From Nanohaloarchaea archaeon B1-Br10_U2g21 (lineage in GTDB: Archaea; Nanohalarchaeota; Nanosalinia; Nanosalinales; Nanosalinaceae): DNA of 64,000 bases. The stretch is taken from assembly GCA_001563915.1 (NCBI GenBank), contig LKMP01000002.1:32001-96000 (forward strand), read 5' to 3'. Made by a program: the position numbers and the translations under genes. The notes under the pieces were generated by a model. It worked only from the letters and a program-made list of their open reading frames with translations. It was not told where the DNA came from and ran no database searches. Positions 28,068 through 38,019 of this stretch are shown piece by piece; positions within the stretch are counted from its first letter, which is position 1, and each line of letters begins with the position of its first letter.

Positions 28068-28439
28068 TCACAACTCCAGATTCTCTGCCGCCAAGTGACT
28101 TGAACCCCTAATATAAATTACAGGTCTGCCTTCATCTAAAATCTTATTTTTCAGCTCTCGATCATTCGTAGCGACTAAGAACTCATCCGAAAGATCGTAT
28201 ATAAGATCATCTACTATTCCTTCTCCTTTGGTTTCTAACACCTCTATGTCTTGACTATCCACTAATTTATGTACTAGACCCCCATAGCGTCCTGATTCTA
28301 TACTTTTTGCTTCTTCTAATACATCATCTAGTGTGTACAGCTCATTACCAGGAAATTTTTCGTCCATCTCTCGAAATATAGATACATTCATCTGGAAAGG
28401 CGCTACCAAAAAATTGGTATCAAGCAGGATTTTTCTCAT
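28068..28439 (-). CDS. PIN-domain protein (Fcf1/Utp24-like)
   Basis: LLDTNFL, VATNDRELK; upstream of rpoE1. Confidence 0.88.
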   Translation of the reverse strand: MRKILLDTNFLVAPFQMNVSIFREMDEKFPGNELYTLDDVLEEAKSIESGRYGGLVHKLVDSQDIEVLETKGEGIVDDLIYDLSDEFLVATNDRELKNKILDEGRPVIYIRGSSHLAAENLEL

Positions 28440-28500
28440 ATCTCTTCTTTTGAAGAGCGGAAGCCTATTTATTTAACTGCTCCATGTATGATGATGTAAC

Positions 28501-29517
28501 ATGGATTTTGACTACAAGGCCTCATGTCTTAGACGGATAGAACTAAATTCCGAATGTAAAATTGTTTCAAGCGGCCACAGACCTCAGACTGGTGATGTAG
28601 TAGCTGTAAAGATTACGGACGTTAATGATACTTACCGATCGCTTGATCTTGAGGGCGGCGAGCTCATTGAACTGAACGAAGGCGATGTAGTAGTAGGTGT
28701 TTTGGGTAATAGAGCAGGTGTAAAAGGATATGTTGGCGAAGTACCTTCCGACATTTCCGAAGGAGAAACGCTCTCTTTTCTCGGTGCTGGAGGCCTATTT
28801 GGAGAATTCAAAGGCGCTACCAAAGAGCTAGATGACCCATGTAGTGTAGAGTTCCTAGGTTACGTTGGTAAAACTGATGAAATACTTAACATGAAAGATT
28901 ATGGTATAGAGACATCAGATTCTTTGAGGGATGATGCTAGAGTATTTGCAGTGACTTCTTCTAGAATGGATGCTGGAAAAACAACTTTAACCGCTAAGTT
29001 GATAGAACAATTAAGTCAAGACTACAAGATTGGTTCTTTAAAACTTACAGGTTCTGCACGCGAAAGAGACAGGCTAAAAATGCTTGAATCTGGCTCTCAA
29101 ATATCTCTAGATTTTGTTGACGCCGGACTTCCTTCTACAGTCGATAATCCTCGCGACGTGGAAAGAGCCGCTAAAGGACTCATTAACGAGGCTTTTGATG
29201 AAGACATTGACTTTGTAGTTATAGAGTTCGGTGCAGGCCTTATCAGCAAGTACTGTGTGAAAGAAGTTTTAAGAGAGCTAGAAATTAAGAATAAAGTCTT
29301 TGGTATAGGCGCTGCTGCTCTTGATGTTGTAGGCGCATATGGTCTTGAAGACGTGTTAGACGATATTGGCTACGAGCTTGATTTTATTTCAGGACCTATA
29401 ACAGACACACATGTTGGTAAAGACACGATAGAAGACTACGTAGGTGTACCCGCATTAAATGCATTCGACAATGAAGACATGGAGCGTGCAGCAGAACTAG
29501 TTTCAGAGAGCTTCTAG
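28501..29517 (+). CDS. DUF1611-like P-loop protein
   Basis: GDVVVGVLGNR N-domain; MDAGKTT P-loop, KLTG, DFVDAGLPST, VIEFG, ISG. Confidence 0.65.
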   Translation: MDFDYKASCLRRIELNSECKIVSSGHRPQTGDVVAVKITDVNDTYRSLDLEGGELIELNEGDVVVGVLGNRAGVKGYVGEVPSDISEGETLSFLGAGGLFGEFKGATKELDDPCSVEFLGYVGKTDEILNMKDYGIETSDSLRDDARVFAVTSSRMDAGKTTLTAKLIEQLSQDYKIGSLKLTGSARERDRLKMLESGSQISLDFVDAGLPSTVDNPRDVERAAKGLINEAFDEDIDFVVIEFGAGLISKYCVKEVLRELEIKNKVFGIGAAALDVVGAYGLEDVLDDIGYELDFISGPITDTHVGKDTIEDYVGVPALNAFDNEDMERAAELVSESF

Positions 29518-30383
29518 CGTTCTGCTGTACGGGACGCTATAAAATTCATTATTTTATCCGCCATATCCAGTCCTAATACTTCCTCTACTCCTTCCACACC
29601 TGGTGAAGCATTTATCTCTCCAATATAGAATCCTCCATCTTCGGATTCAAGTATATCTATTCCCGAGATATCAAGGCCACAAAGCCTCGAAGCCTTAATC
29701 GCAGCTTCTCTCATTTCTTCCGATGGTTCTACTTTTTCTCTTTGTCCTCCTGTTGAAATATTAGATCTAAACTCCTCATCTCCTACCCTTTTGTAAGAAT
29801 AAGTTTCCTCTCCAATCACTATTATCCTGATATCTTCCCCGGGATTCTCAATGTATTCTTGCAGACAAATTTCCTGCTCAAATAGCGTTAACGTATCAGT
29901 TATAGGGCCTATATCGCTCTCAGTCGATGCCCTCATTACTCCTTTCCCCCCATAACCTGAAATTATTTTAATGACTGCAGGATACCCTATTTTCTCAGCA
30001 GCTCTTATAGTCTCATCTGTAGAGAGTGTGTAGGCCGATTTAGGCACCGGCAGATTTGCTTCATGAAGAACCTTCATCATGTGGAACTTATTAGACGCTA
30101 TAGGAAGAGAATCTGAATCCATCTGAGTGTATACTCCATTATCCTGCAGTATTTCTGAGAAATGTTCTGCGTTCATCATATCTGCTCCTAGAAGTCTGAG
30201 ATATACTGCATCGAAATCGCACAGATTTATATCCCGATACTTCAACTTTGTGCCTTCCTCAGTCGAAACCGTTCTTATGCCTTCTAGAGGCACACCTAGC
30301 ACATTTTCAAAGTATTCTTTACCAGCTTCAATAAAATGATGGTGTTGCGCAGACTTTTCACCGTAAACTACTGCGCATTTCAT
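29514..30383 (-). CDS. RimK-family ATP-grasp ligase (catalytic motifs intact)
   Basis: NK, LPVP, KIISGYGGKGV, QEYI, DIR, FRSN, GIDIL, EINASPG. Confidence 0.9.
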   Translation of the reverse strand: MKCAVVYGEKSAQHHHFIEAGKEYFENVLGVPLEGIRTVSTEEGTKLKYRDINLCDFDAVYLRLLGADMMNAEHFSEILQDNGVYTQMDSDSLPIASNKFHMMKVLHEANLPVPKSAYTLSTDETIRAAEKIGYPAVIKIISGYGGKGVMRASTESDIGPITDTLTLFEQEICLQEYIENPGEDIRIIVIGEETYSYKRVGDEEFRSNISTGGQREKVEPSEEMREAAIKASRLCGLDISGIDILESEDGGFYIGEINASPGVEGVEEVLGLDMADKIMNFIASRTAER

Positions 30384-31192
30384 TCACTATCACCCTTTAA
30401 TGTCTCCACAATTCTACCGTATACATTTTTTCCACTGTGCTTCTCAAACATTTCTAAATCAGGTCTTACATCCATATCCATTACTTTTTCTCCTTTCAAA
30501 CTTACTCTGCATATATCTGTACCTACTGCCTTAGCCGCTTTATCTACTACTTCTTTCTGAGTGTCCGAGAGACTATAGTAATTTCTTCCAGGCTCATCAC
30601 TCCATATTTCTCCTTCAAGCTTGAGCGAAATTTTCTCTCCATCGATATACAGTACATCAAAAAACTCGCCCTCAGGAATCTCCTGTAAAAGCATGAAGTC
30701 ATTCTCGGCATCAAGATCATCTAGGCCTTCTAATTCCTCAAAACTTTCTATTCTTTTAGTCTTTTCCAGCTTAAAATTCGAATACTTCTTCACAACTAAA
30801 GGCAGCTCCAAATCATTTTCCAGACCTGTTAAACCTCTTTTAGTAGCTATAGATGCTTGTTTAGGTGCTGGAATACTTTTTTCCTCCAGTACTTTTATCA
30901 TATAAGGCTTCTTCATTAGAATAAAGATAGAAGATGGATTTAGATTTACTGAAGCCTGTGTCTGAGTAAGCGTTTCAGTAAGGACTCTGATATAGTTGAA
31001 TGCCTCAGGCCTCGGATTTATGTATAGTATATGCTCAGAACCTATTTCCTCATCTCCTATGTATACTTCTGGTTTTTTCCCAGAATGAATGCTTACATCT
31101 GCAAGAGATTTTTTTTCTACTTCTTCAAAGTGTTTCTTGAAATCTTCAGTCTCCGATTCAAAGTTATTTGCTAGTATCAGTGTCTTCTCCAT
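30380..31192 (-). CDS. degenerate RimK-like ATP-grasp protein
   Basis: IPAPK, LPLVVK, LLQE retained but Gly loop and ExN motif absent; ATG 31192 after GAGGGG. Confidence 0.7.
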   Translation of the reverse strand: MEKTLILANNFESETEDFKKHFEEVEKKSLADVSIHSGKKPEVYIGDEEIGSEHILYINPRPEAFNYIRVLTETLTQTQASVNLNPSSIFILMKKPYMIKVLEEKSIPAPKQASIATKRGLTGLENDLELPLVVKKYSNFKLEKTKRIESFEELEGLDDLDAENDFMLLQEIPEGEFFDVLYIDGEKISLKLEGEIWSDEPGRNYYSLSDTQKEVVDKAAKAVGTDICRVSLKGEKVMDMDVRPDLEMFEKHSGKNVYGRIVETLKGDSE

Positions 31193-32738
31193 TTTGTTCC
31201 CCCTCATCTGTTTTTTCTGGTTTCCAGAGCCTGTTAACTTTTTCTTCCCTGTTCCATTTTTCGATGTAACTATTTACCGGTTCAGGAAGCGCGCTCTTTA
31301 GTAATCGGCCCTGCCTCATTATCTTCTTTAGCCTGAGTTCCATGTTTTTACTGAGTTCGTCATAGAAACTAGAATCAGAGTAAATCAGATTATTTTGTAT
31401 TCTCCAGTATGCTGTAGTATCTTCTGGAGCTAGTACGACATAACCTCTCTTTCTACCTTCGAACTCAGCCATGGCTTCTCGCATTTCAGAGTCATCAGCA
31501 TAGTATACACCCCCCGATACTGTATCAGCGCTAGGATCTACTACAATTAACTCATCTCCCTCTACTCCCACGCATAAGCTATAATGAGCTTTTTCTGAAC
31601 CAGGGAATAGTACTGGCTTTGCGAAGTTAGGAATTATTAATGCTCCATTGTCAAACCACGTCTTTAGTTCATCAGACAATTTCCCTATTTTATCATATTC
31701 TACATATGCTCCTCTAACATCTCCTTCAGTTAATTCCTCTACAGCATCTATTAATTCATCAGGCATTGTTCCTTTACCAACTTCACTACCAGCAAGATCT
31801 CCAATTTCTTCCTGCTTATGAGCGAATCCAAATATATTCAATGCCATTTCAGCAGAAGCAGGCCCGCAATATGAAGGATGTTGCGCTGTAAAGTACCTTT
31901 TCATATCTTCAAGCGTTTTTATATCACTTCTAGTCCTCTTAAACTTGACATTAGAGTCCATAACCTGGCTATTTGGCGCAACCATTGTGTATCCGTCATT
32001 AGTATCAATAGTAGTGCTGAAAAGAGATACGTCAATTAATTCTCCTCTTTCACCGTCCAGATAAATCTTTTCGTTGGCCTTTACAGACCTAGAGTTTTTC
32101 AAATATACACCTGCTGCAAAGTTTTTGAATAAGTCTTTGAAACCGTAAAAGGCTAGACCTGCCAATAAAAGTGTTAATCCCCAAGTGGTGGCAGTCACAA
32201 GTTCTTGAATAGTGCTCTCAGCCAAGTTAGCTTGTACTAATACAAACTGGAGCAATAAAAGGTAGAGAAACGCTTTGAAAATGGTTTCTGAAATTTTTGA
32301 TATTTCTTGAGTAAATCCTGCGCTTCTAAGATGTTTGCTAAATCCTAGAGTGCTGAAAAAGTCGGCTATAATTTTTACGAATATGTTTACCCCTATTATT
32401 CCGAGTATGGCAACTAGTATTACCGATATAATATTTGGTAAAGCCGCCACTGCCGCAACATAGAGTTCTCTACTGATTTCTGCATTAAGGTAGAAAAGAG
32501 CAAAACCTATTACTATAACATCTAGTACGTAGACTATATAGGTGACTTTCTCCCGCATAGCTTCAGTTCTTTTCTTATTAGCCTGTTCTCCCGAGTCTAC
32601 AAGCAGTCTCAAGGCTGTTTTTCTAAAACTTCTTATCAGCAAATGCCCTAAAATTAGTATAAGGGCTGTTATAATTAGCCTAGCTGATAGACTGTCTGAT
32701 ACTATAAAGTTCATCATTTGGGAGAGAATTTCGGACAT
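31164..32738 (-). CDS. MscS-family channel fused to C39/phytochelatin-synthase-like cysteine peptidase domain
   Basis: TM helices, KNFAAGVYL, MscS beta domain (GELIDVSLFSTTI...APNS); then QHPSYCGPAS...HYSL...VDP (Gln, Cys, His, Asp). Confidence 0.85.
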   Translation of the reverse strand: MSEILSQMMNFIVSDSLSARLIITALILILGHLLIRSFRKTALRLLVDSGEQANKKRTEAMREKVTYIVYVLDVIVIGFALFYLNAEISRELYVAAVAALPNIISVILVAILGIIGVNIFVKIIADFFSTLGFSKHLRSAGFTQEISKISETIFKAFLYLLLLQFVLVQANLAESTIQELVTATTWGLTLLLAGLAFYGFKDLFKNFAAGVYLKNSRSVKANEKIYLDGERGELIDVSLFSTTIDTNDGYTMVAPNSQVMDSNVKFKRTRSDIKTLEDMKRYFTAQHPSYCGPASAEMALNIFGFAHKQEEIGDLAGSEVGKGTMPDELIDAVEELTEGDVRGAYVEYDKIGKLSDELKTWFDNGALIIPNFAKPVLFPGSEKAHYSLCVGVEGDELIVVDPSADTVSGGVYYADDSEMREAMAEFEGRKRGYVVLAPEDTTAYWRIQNNLIYSDSSFYDELSKNMELRLKKIMRQGRLLKSALPEPVNSYIEKWNREEKVNRLWKPEKTDEGEQNGEDTDTSK

Positions 32739-32781
32739 CGGGTGTTTGTACACCTTCTAAAGAGTTACTAGCCTTCGGGTT

Positions 32782-33966
32782 TTATAAACCTTTGATTTCT
32801 CCATGACCGATTAAGCGCCACCTAGAGTCAATTTGACGGCTTATAGCAACTCTATCTCCAACTTCAGCACATACAGGCATTTTAAGCTCAAGCTTGACGT
32901 CTTTACCAGCTTGAGTGACTATGCCTGCCGACTTCGTGGTTCCTACATTCACCATTAAAGCCTCGTGCTCTTTAATGTTCTCAACCTTCATTTCTGATCC
33001 AGAGCCGATTAAAGAGTCCATTAACTCTACTTTCAACTCCATATTGCTCGTTATATCAGGTAGCTCACCTTTTAAACCTAGGACATTTCCTGCAAGACCA
33101 TCAGATTTTACTAGAGATGGATCTAGTACAGTTTCTATGCCTAATAGTCCTCCTGGCTGTGCCTCCTCTACTGAAGAGTCTCCCTGAATTATATTAGTGA
33201 TCTCAGTGGTAACAGTACTCCACTTGTTCCCATCTTTCCTTATACCAGGCTTAATTTCGATTTCGTCACCTTTACTGAGCTTTCCCTTAACTAAACTGCC
33301 TCCGAGTACTCCGCCGCCTAGTTCTTCAGGGCCTTGTCCAGGCTTATTAGTATCAAAAGACCTAGCAACCAGCATTTTTGGATCAGTATCTTCGTCTCTT
33401 TCAGGAGTTGGGATTTCTTCATGTATTGTTTCTAGCAGCAAGTCAATATTTATGCCGTGCTGCGCAGATATAGGAACTACAGGAGCATTTTCAGCTACAG
33501 TACCTTCTACAAATTCTTTTATCTGCTGATAATTTTTCTTAGCTTCTTCTTCATCAACTAAGTCTATTTTGTTTTGGACAATCACCACATTTTCAATCCC
33601 TGCAATATCTAAAACTGCTAAGTGTTCATGAGTTTGAGGCTGAGGACATTCCTCATTAGCCGCAACCATCAATAACGCTCCGTCCATGATTGCTGACCCT
33701 GAGAGAACATTAGCCATCAACGTTTCATGGCCTGGAGCATCTACAAGCGATACAGTTCTCTTTACTTCTCCATTCCCATCAACATTTAGGCCTTCTTCGT
33801 CTTCATAGTATGTAACATCTGCATATCCCAGCCTTATTGTTATTCCTTTTCTAAGTTCTTCACTGTGTCTGTCAGTCCATTGTCCTGAAAGAGCCTGAGT
33901 CAGAGTAGTTTTTCCGTGGTCTACATGACCCACGAGACCTATATTAACTTCCGGTACTTTGCTCAT
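32782..33966 (-). CDS. eif2g: translation initiation factor aIF2 gamma
   Basis: GHVDHGKT, GITIRLGY, DAPGHE, QNKID, WRLIG. Confidence 0.96.
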   Translation of the reverse strand: MSKVPEVNIGLVGHVDHGKTTLTQALSGQWTDRHSEELRKGITIRLGYADVTYYEDEEGLNVDGNGEVKRTVSLVDAPGHETLMANVLSGSAIMDGALLMVAANEECPQPQTHEHLAVLDIAGIENVVIVQNKIDLVDEEEAKKNYQQIKEFVEGTVAENAPVVPISAQHGINIDLLLETIHEEIPTPERDEDTDPKMLVARSFDTNKPGQGPEELGGGVLGGSLVKGKLSKGDEIEIKPGIRKDGNKWSTVTTEITNIIQGDSSVEEAQPGGLLGIETVLDPSLVKSDGLAGNVLGLKGELPDITSNMELKVELMDSLIGSGSEMKVENIKEHEALMVNVGTTKSAGIVTQAGKDVKLELKMPVCAEVGDRVAISRQIDSRWRLIGHGEIKGL

Positions 33967-34334
33967 TCTTCGTCCTCGTCACCGAGAAGTTCCTCAACAG
34001 ATTTAGAGCCTTCTTCCACAACACGAACATTAAGCTGCTGGATATCGGTACTCACAGTGTTCCCTCGCACAGATTTTCTTTTCCGTACTCCTCGTTCTTC
34101 AGGCCTAATTCCTGAACCTTCACCTATCAAGACTCTCTTCCTTTCAGAACCTTCTATACTTTTTCTCATCGGAAAGCCTGATTTATCGCTTCCACCAGTA
34201 ATTTCTAACTCATATCCTTCAAGACTTATGACATCGCCTTCAAAGATTTCTCCAATTTTTTTGCCTACAAAACCTTCCGGCTCTGCTTCAGTTTGATAGA
34301 TTTCTCCGTCTTTTGTTCCAATGTTAATCTGCAT
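33963..34334 (-). CDS. rps6e: 30S ribosomal protein S6e (eS6)
   Basis: ITGGSDKSGFPM, RKRKSVRG. Confidence 0.95.
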   Translation of the reverse strand: MQINIGTKDGEIYQTEAEPEGFVGKKIGEIFEGDVISLEGYELEITGGSDKSGFPMRKSIEGSERKRVLIGEGSGIRPEERGVRKRKSVRGNTVSTDIQQLNVRVVEEGSKSVEELLGDEDEE

Positions 34335-34447
34335 TAGTAATTTTCACCTTTGCTCAGTTACCCGAACAAGTAACTCTTGACTCTAAACTTTTTTAACAGC
34401 AATAACTAATCAATGCCATTATATTCGAGGCTTTCTCAGAGAGAAGT

Positions 34448-35869
34448 ATGAGAAGTCCTGTAGTCGCATCAATAATAGGGAAGTTTCTCAAAGTATTTTC
34501 TATAGTCATAGCGGCTCCGCTCCCCGTAGGTCTTTATTATGGCGAGACTTTTTTTACCTTACGAGGATTTCTGTACGCATCAGCAGCGTGCCTTATTCTA
34601 GGCGTAGCTTTGACTAAATTAGGACAATATCGAGAACCAAGCGTTTCCGAAGCTTTGACATCAACTATTATGGGATGGCTACTAGCAATCATACTGGGAG
34701 CGATCCCGTTGCTAGTTGAGATGAACTTCACAAATGCAGTGTTTGAATCGACCGCAGGACTTACAACAACAGGTATTTCGATGATTCTTGCACCAGAACA
34801 ACTACCTCATTCGCTATTATTCTGGCGATCCCTGATGCAATGGGTTGGAGGCCTTGGAGTGCTTACATTTTTCATAGCTGTTATCCGAGAATCAGGAGGT
34901 ATTTCAAGAAAGCTGTTTTCAGCGGAAACTCACAAGACTGATCCTGGCAGCATCAGACCTTCACTAAAGAAGTCTATTGTCGAGCTCTGGAAGGTCTATA
35001 TTTTTATCACAGTATTCATATCGGCAGTCTACTTTGCACTAGGGATGCCTGTTTTCGATTCCGTAGTCCATTCTTTTTCAGGCATCTCTACTGGAGGCTA
35101 CTCGACTAATGCAGACAGTTTTGCAGATTATGGTGTAGACATACAGCTCGTTACTGTTGTCTTGATGCTTTTAGGAGGTATGAACTTTGTGATTATTCAT
35201 AAATTATTGAATAGAGATCGTTCGGCATTCAGCAATTCTGAACTGAGGCTCTACTTGAAGATATTTGCGGCCTTCGCACTACTAATCACTTTAGATTTAG
35301 CACAGGATGGTTTTGCCACCCAGGATTTAGTTGACGGAGTCTTTCAATCTGCAGCTCTTATTTCGTCTACAGGTCACAGCACTATGAGTTTAATGACGCT
35401 TTCAGTAGTGGTTCAGATGCTTGTAATAGGCGTGATGTTTGTAGGAGGCTCAATAGGTTCAACAGGGGGAGGAGTAAAGATTTTCAGACTTAAAACAATG
35501 ATAGAACTTTCAAGAACGCGTTTAAGAGCCTATTCATTACCTGATACTGCCATAAATGAAGTGAAAATAGATGGAGAAATACTTGAAAACAACACAATCC
35601 GTACAGTTTCAGTACTGTTCTTCATTTGGGTAGTAATAGTATTTGCTACTGCCGCCATGTTTGTTGCAATAGAAGACGTGGAAATGTCTGAAGCGCTTTC
35701 AGGCACAGTTTCGGCATCAGGAAATATGGGTCCAACACTTATGGAGGACGAAGAAGTGGTGGAGCTCCACTACGCTACAAAGCTGATTTTAATGTTCTTA
35801 ATGTTAGCAGGCCGACTTGAGATGCTTCCTCTGCTGGCAATCTTTAATAGGAGGTTTCTCACAGGTTAA
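34448..35869 (+). CDS. trkH: TrkH K+ uptake membrane subunit
   Basis: four pore loops TTTG/STGG/SSTG/GNMG, GSTGGGVK, GRLE. Confidence 0.93.
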   Translation: MRSPVVASIIGKFLKVFSIVIAAPLPVGLYYGETFFTLRGFLYASAACLILGVALTKLGQYREPSVSEALTSTIMGWLLAIILGAIPLLVEMNFTNAVFESTAGLTTTGISMILAPEQLPHSLLFWRSLMQWVGGLGVLTFFIAVIRESGGISRKLFSAETHKTDPGSIRPSLKKSIVELWKVYIFITVFISAVYFALGMPVFDSVVHSFSGISTGGYSTNADSFADYGVDIQLVTVVLMLLGGMNFVIIHKLLNRDRSAFSNSELRLYLKIFAAFALLITLDLAQDGFATQDLVDGVFQSAALISSTGHSTMSLMTLSVVVQMLVIGVMFVGGSIGSTGGGVKIFRLKTMIELSRTRLRAYSLPDTAINEVKIDGEILENNTIRTVSVLFFIWVVIVFATAAMFVAIEDVEMSEALSGTVSASGNMGPTLMEDEEVVELHYATKLILMFLMLAGRLEMLPLLAIFNRRFLTG

Positions 35870-35872
35870 CCT

Positions 35873-36532
35873 ATGTACATAGTAATCACAGGGATAAACA
35901 TTCTTTCCCGTAGGCTCGTCAAAAGGTTGGAAGGACGTCACGATGTAGTTATAGTAGAACAGGATGAAGACAAATGTAAAAGACTTTATTCTTCCTCAGG
36001 AGCCACAGTAATCAACAAATCTCCATCAACTCTGTCAGCTCTTGAAGACGCCGGTATTACTGAAGCTGATGTGTTAATAGCAACTATGAAAGATGATAAT
36101 GAAAACATGGTAGTATGTTCTCTTGCCAAAAAATACGGCGTACCAAAAGTAATTTCCCGAATGGAAGACGATGAATACTTCGACGCATTCCAAATAATTG
36201 ATGCACAAACAATAGGACACACAGACCTACTTTTATCAGAATTTTTGTCAGCAGTAGAACATCCTTATTTGGTGAAGCTCGCAAATCTTTCAGGCGACCG
36301 AGAAATACTGAAAGCATCAGTTCGAAAAGATTCACATCTAGTTGAATCTACTGTAGACCGGGTGAAAAACGATGAAAGCTTCCCAAGCAGCTTTATGATT
36401 ACTACTGTCCTTAAACCCGATGAGACTCTAGATGCCTCAAAAGACCCTATCCTAGAGGAAGAGGACGAAATCATACTTATAGGTCCTTCTGAAGATAAAG
36501 AGATGCTCGACAAATTCTTCCAGAATCAGTAA
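35873..36532 (+). CDS. trkA: TrkA-like RCK regulatory subunit
   Basis: LEDAGITEADVLIA..DD..N; RCK-N plus RCK-C; follows trkH. Confidence 0.88.
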   Translation: MYIVITGINILSRRLVKRLEGRHDVVIVEQDEDKCKRLYSSSGATVINKSPSTLSALEDAGITEADVLIATMKDDNENMVVCSLAKKYGVPKVISRMEDDEYFDAFQIIDAQTIGHTDLLLSEFLSAVEHPYLVKLANLSGDREILKASVRKDSHLVESTVDRVKNDESFPSSFMITTVLKPDETLDASKDPILEEEDEIILIGPSEDKEMLDKFFQNQ

Positions 36533-36564
36533 ACATAAAGAAAATGTGCGCCTGAAATATTTAC

Positions 36565-37974
36565 ATGTCTGCCATAGTTTGGATCCGCAGATCTCTAAGA
36601 GAATACGACAACACAGCGTTAGTAGAAGCTTCCAAAAAACATGAGAATTTGATTCCTCTTTACATTGTAGACGATAAATACTTTCAGAAGGCTTCTTTAG
36701 GGTATCCTCGTGTAAAATTCTGGCATAGCGCACTACAAAATTTTAAAAGACAGTTGAAAGAAAAAGAAAAAGATATTATAGTTAGAAAGGGAAATCCGGT
36801 TGAGGAGCTTAACAAAATAATTGAGGAAACTAGCGCTGAAAAACTATATTTTAACCGTGATTACTCTCCTTACTCGCGAAAAAGAGATAAAAAAATCCAG
36901 GAATTTGACTTAGAGACTGAGAGCTTTAAGGACTTAGTGATGTTTGAAAAAGAAGAGATATTGAGCAACTCAGGCAGTCCTTACAAAACCTATACTTACT
37001 ATGCAAAAAAATGGTTTAATAAAGACAAAGATAGGCCTCAAAAACCACAAAAATATAATGTGCCTGAGTTAGAAAGTGAAGAAATCCCTTCATTGAAAGA
37101 ACTAGGGTTTGAGATACCCGAAAACTTTGAATGGGAGTGGAACCCTTCTCGTGAGGGCGGAATGAAGAGATTATCCCTCTTTAAACAAAAGATTTTAGAT
37201 TATGATAGCGATAGAGATTATGCTTGGAAAGATGCTACAAGTAAATTATCTCCTCATCTAAAATTTGGGACTGTCTCAATTAGAGAAGTGTTTTGGGAGA
37301 CAGAAAGAATCAAGGCTAAGAATCCTGATAATCTCTCGGGGATAAAGACCTGGCAAGAAGAGCTAGCTTGGCGAGATTTTTACTTCCAGATGCTTTACAA
37401 TTTCCCTGAATCTGGAGAAAAAGCATTGCAAAAGCAGTTCAGAGACCTTGAATGGAGATCTAAAAAAGAGGCTAAAGAAGACTGGGAAGCTTGGAAAAAT
37501 GGGGAAACAGGATTTCCTTTTGTAGATGCTGGAATGAGACAGTTAAAGAAAACTGGCTGGATGCATAACAGATTGCGAATGGTTGTCACTAGTTTTGCCT
37601 GTAAAGATTTATGGCTAGACTGGCGAGATGTTCACGAATTCTTCAACGAAAATTTTGTAGATGCGGAGTTAGCATCAATGATTGGGGGTATTCAATGGGC
37701 TTATTCAATTGGAACAGATTCACAACCCTATTTCCGAGTTTTTAATCCCTGGACACAAGGCGAAAAATATGATCCTAATGGAGAATATATCCGTAGATGG
37801 ATACCTGAACTAAAAAACGTCCCGGATAATCATATCCATAGGCCTTATAAGATGAGTCAAATTGCGGAGAACAAGTCGGACTGCGTTATTGGAGAAGATT
37901 ATCCTAGACCTATAGTGGATCATAGCGAGATGCGTGAGAAGTCTATCAAAAAGTTTGAGGCAGTAAGAGAATAG
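36565..37974 (+). CDS. phr: class I CPD photolyase
   Basis: TSKLSPHLKFG, WRDFY, GETGFPFVDAGMRQL..TGWMHNRLRM, FRVFNP. Confidence 0.94.
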   Translation: MSAIVWIRRSLREYDNTALVEASKKHENLIPLYIVDDKYFQKASLGYPRVKFWHSALQNFKRQLKEKEKDIIVRKGNPVEELNKIIEETSAEKLYFNRDYSPYSRKRDKKIQEFDLETESFKDLVMFEKEEILSNSGSPYKTYTYYAKKWFNKDKDRPQKPQKYNVPELESEEIPSLKELGFEIPENFEWEWNPSREGGMKRLSLFKQKILDYDSDRDYAWKDATSKLSPHLKFGTVSIREVFWETERIKAKNPDNLSGIKTWQEELAWRDFYFQMLYNFPESGEKALQKQFRDLEWRSKKEAKEDWEAWKNGETGFPFVDAGMRQLKKTGWMHNRLRMVVTSFACKDLWLDWRDVHEFFNENFVDAELASMIGGIQWAYSIGTDSQPYFRVFNPWTQGEKYDPNGEYIRRWIPELKNVPDNHIHRPYKMSQIAENKSDCVIGEDYPRPIVDHSEMREKSIKKFEAVRE

Positions 37975-38019
37975 AATTTACTTAAATGTGCGGAGAGAAT
38001 CAGGTAATAGTGATTACTC

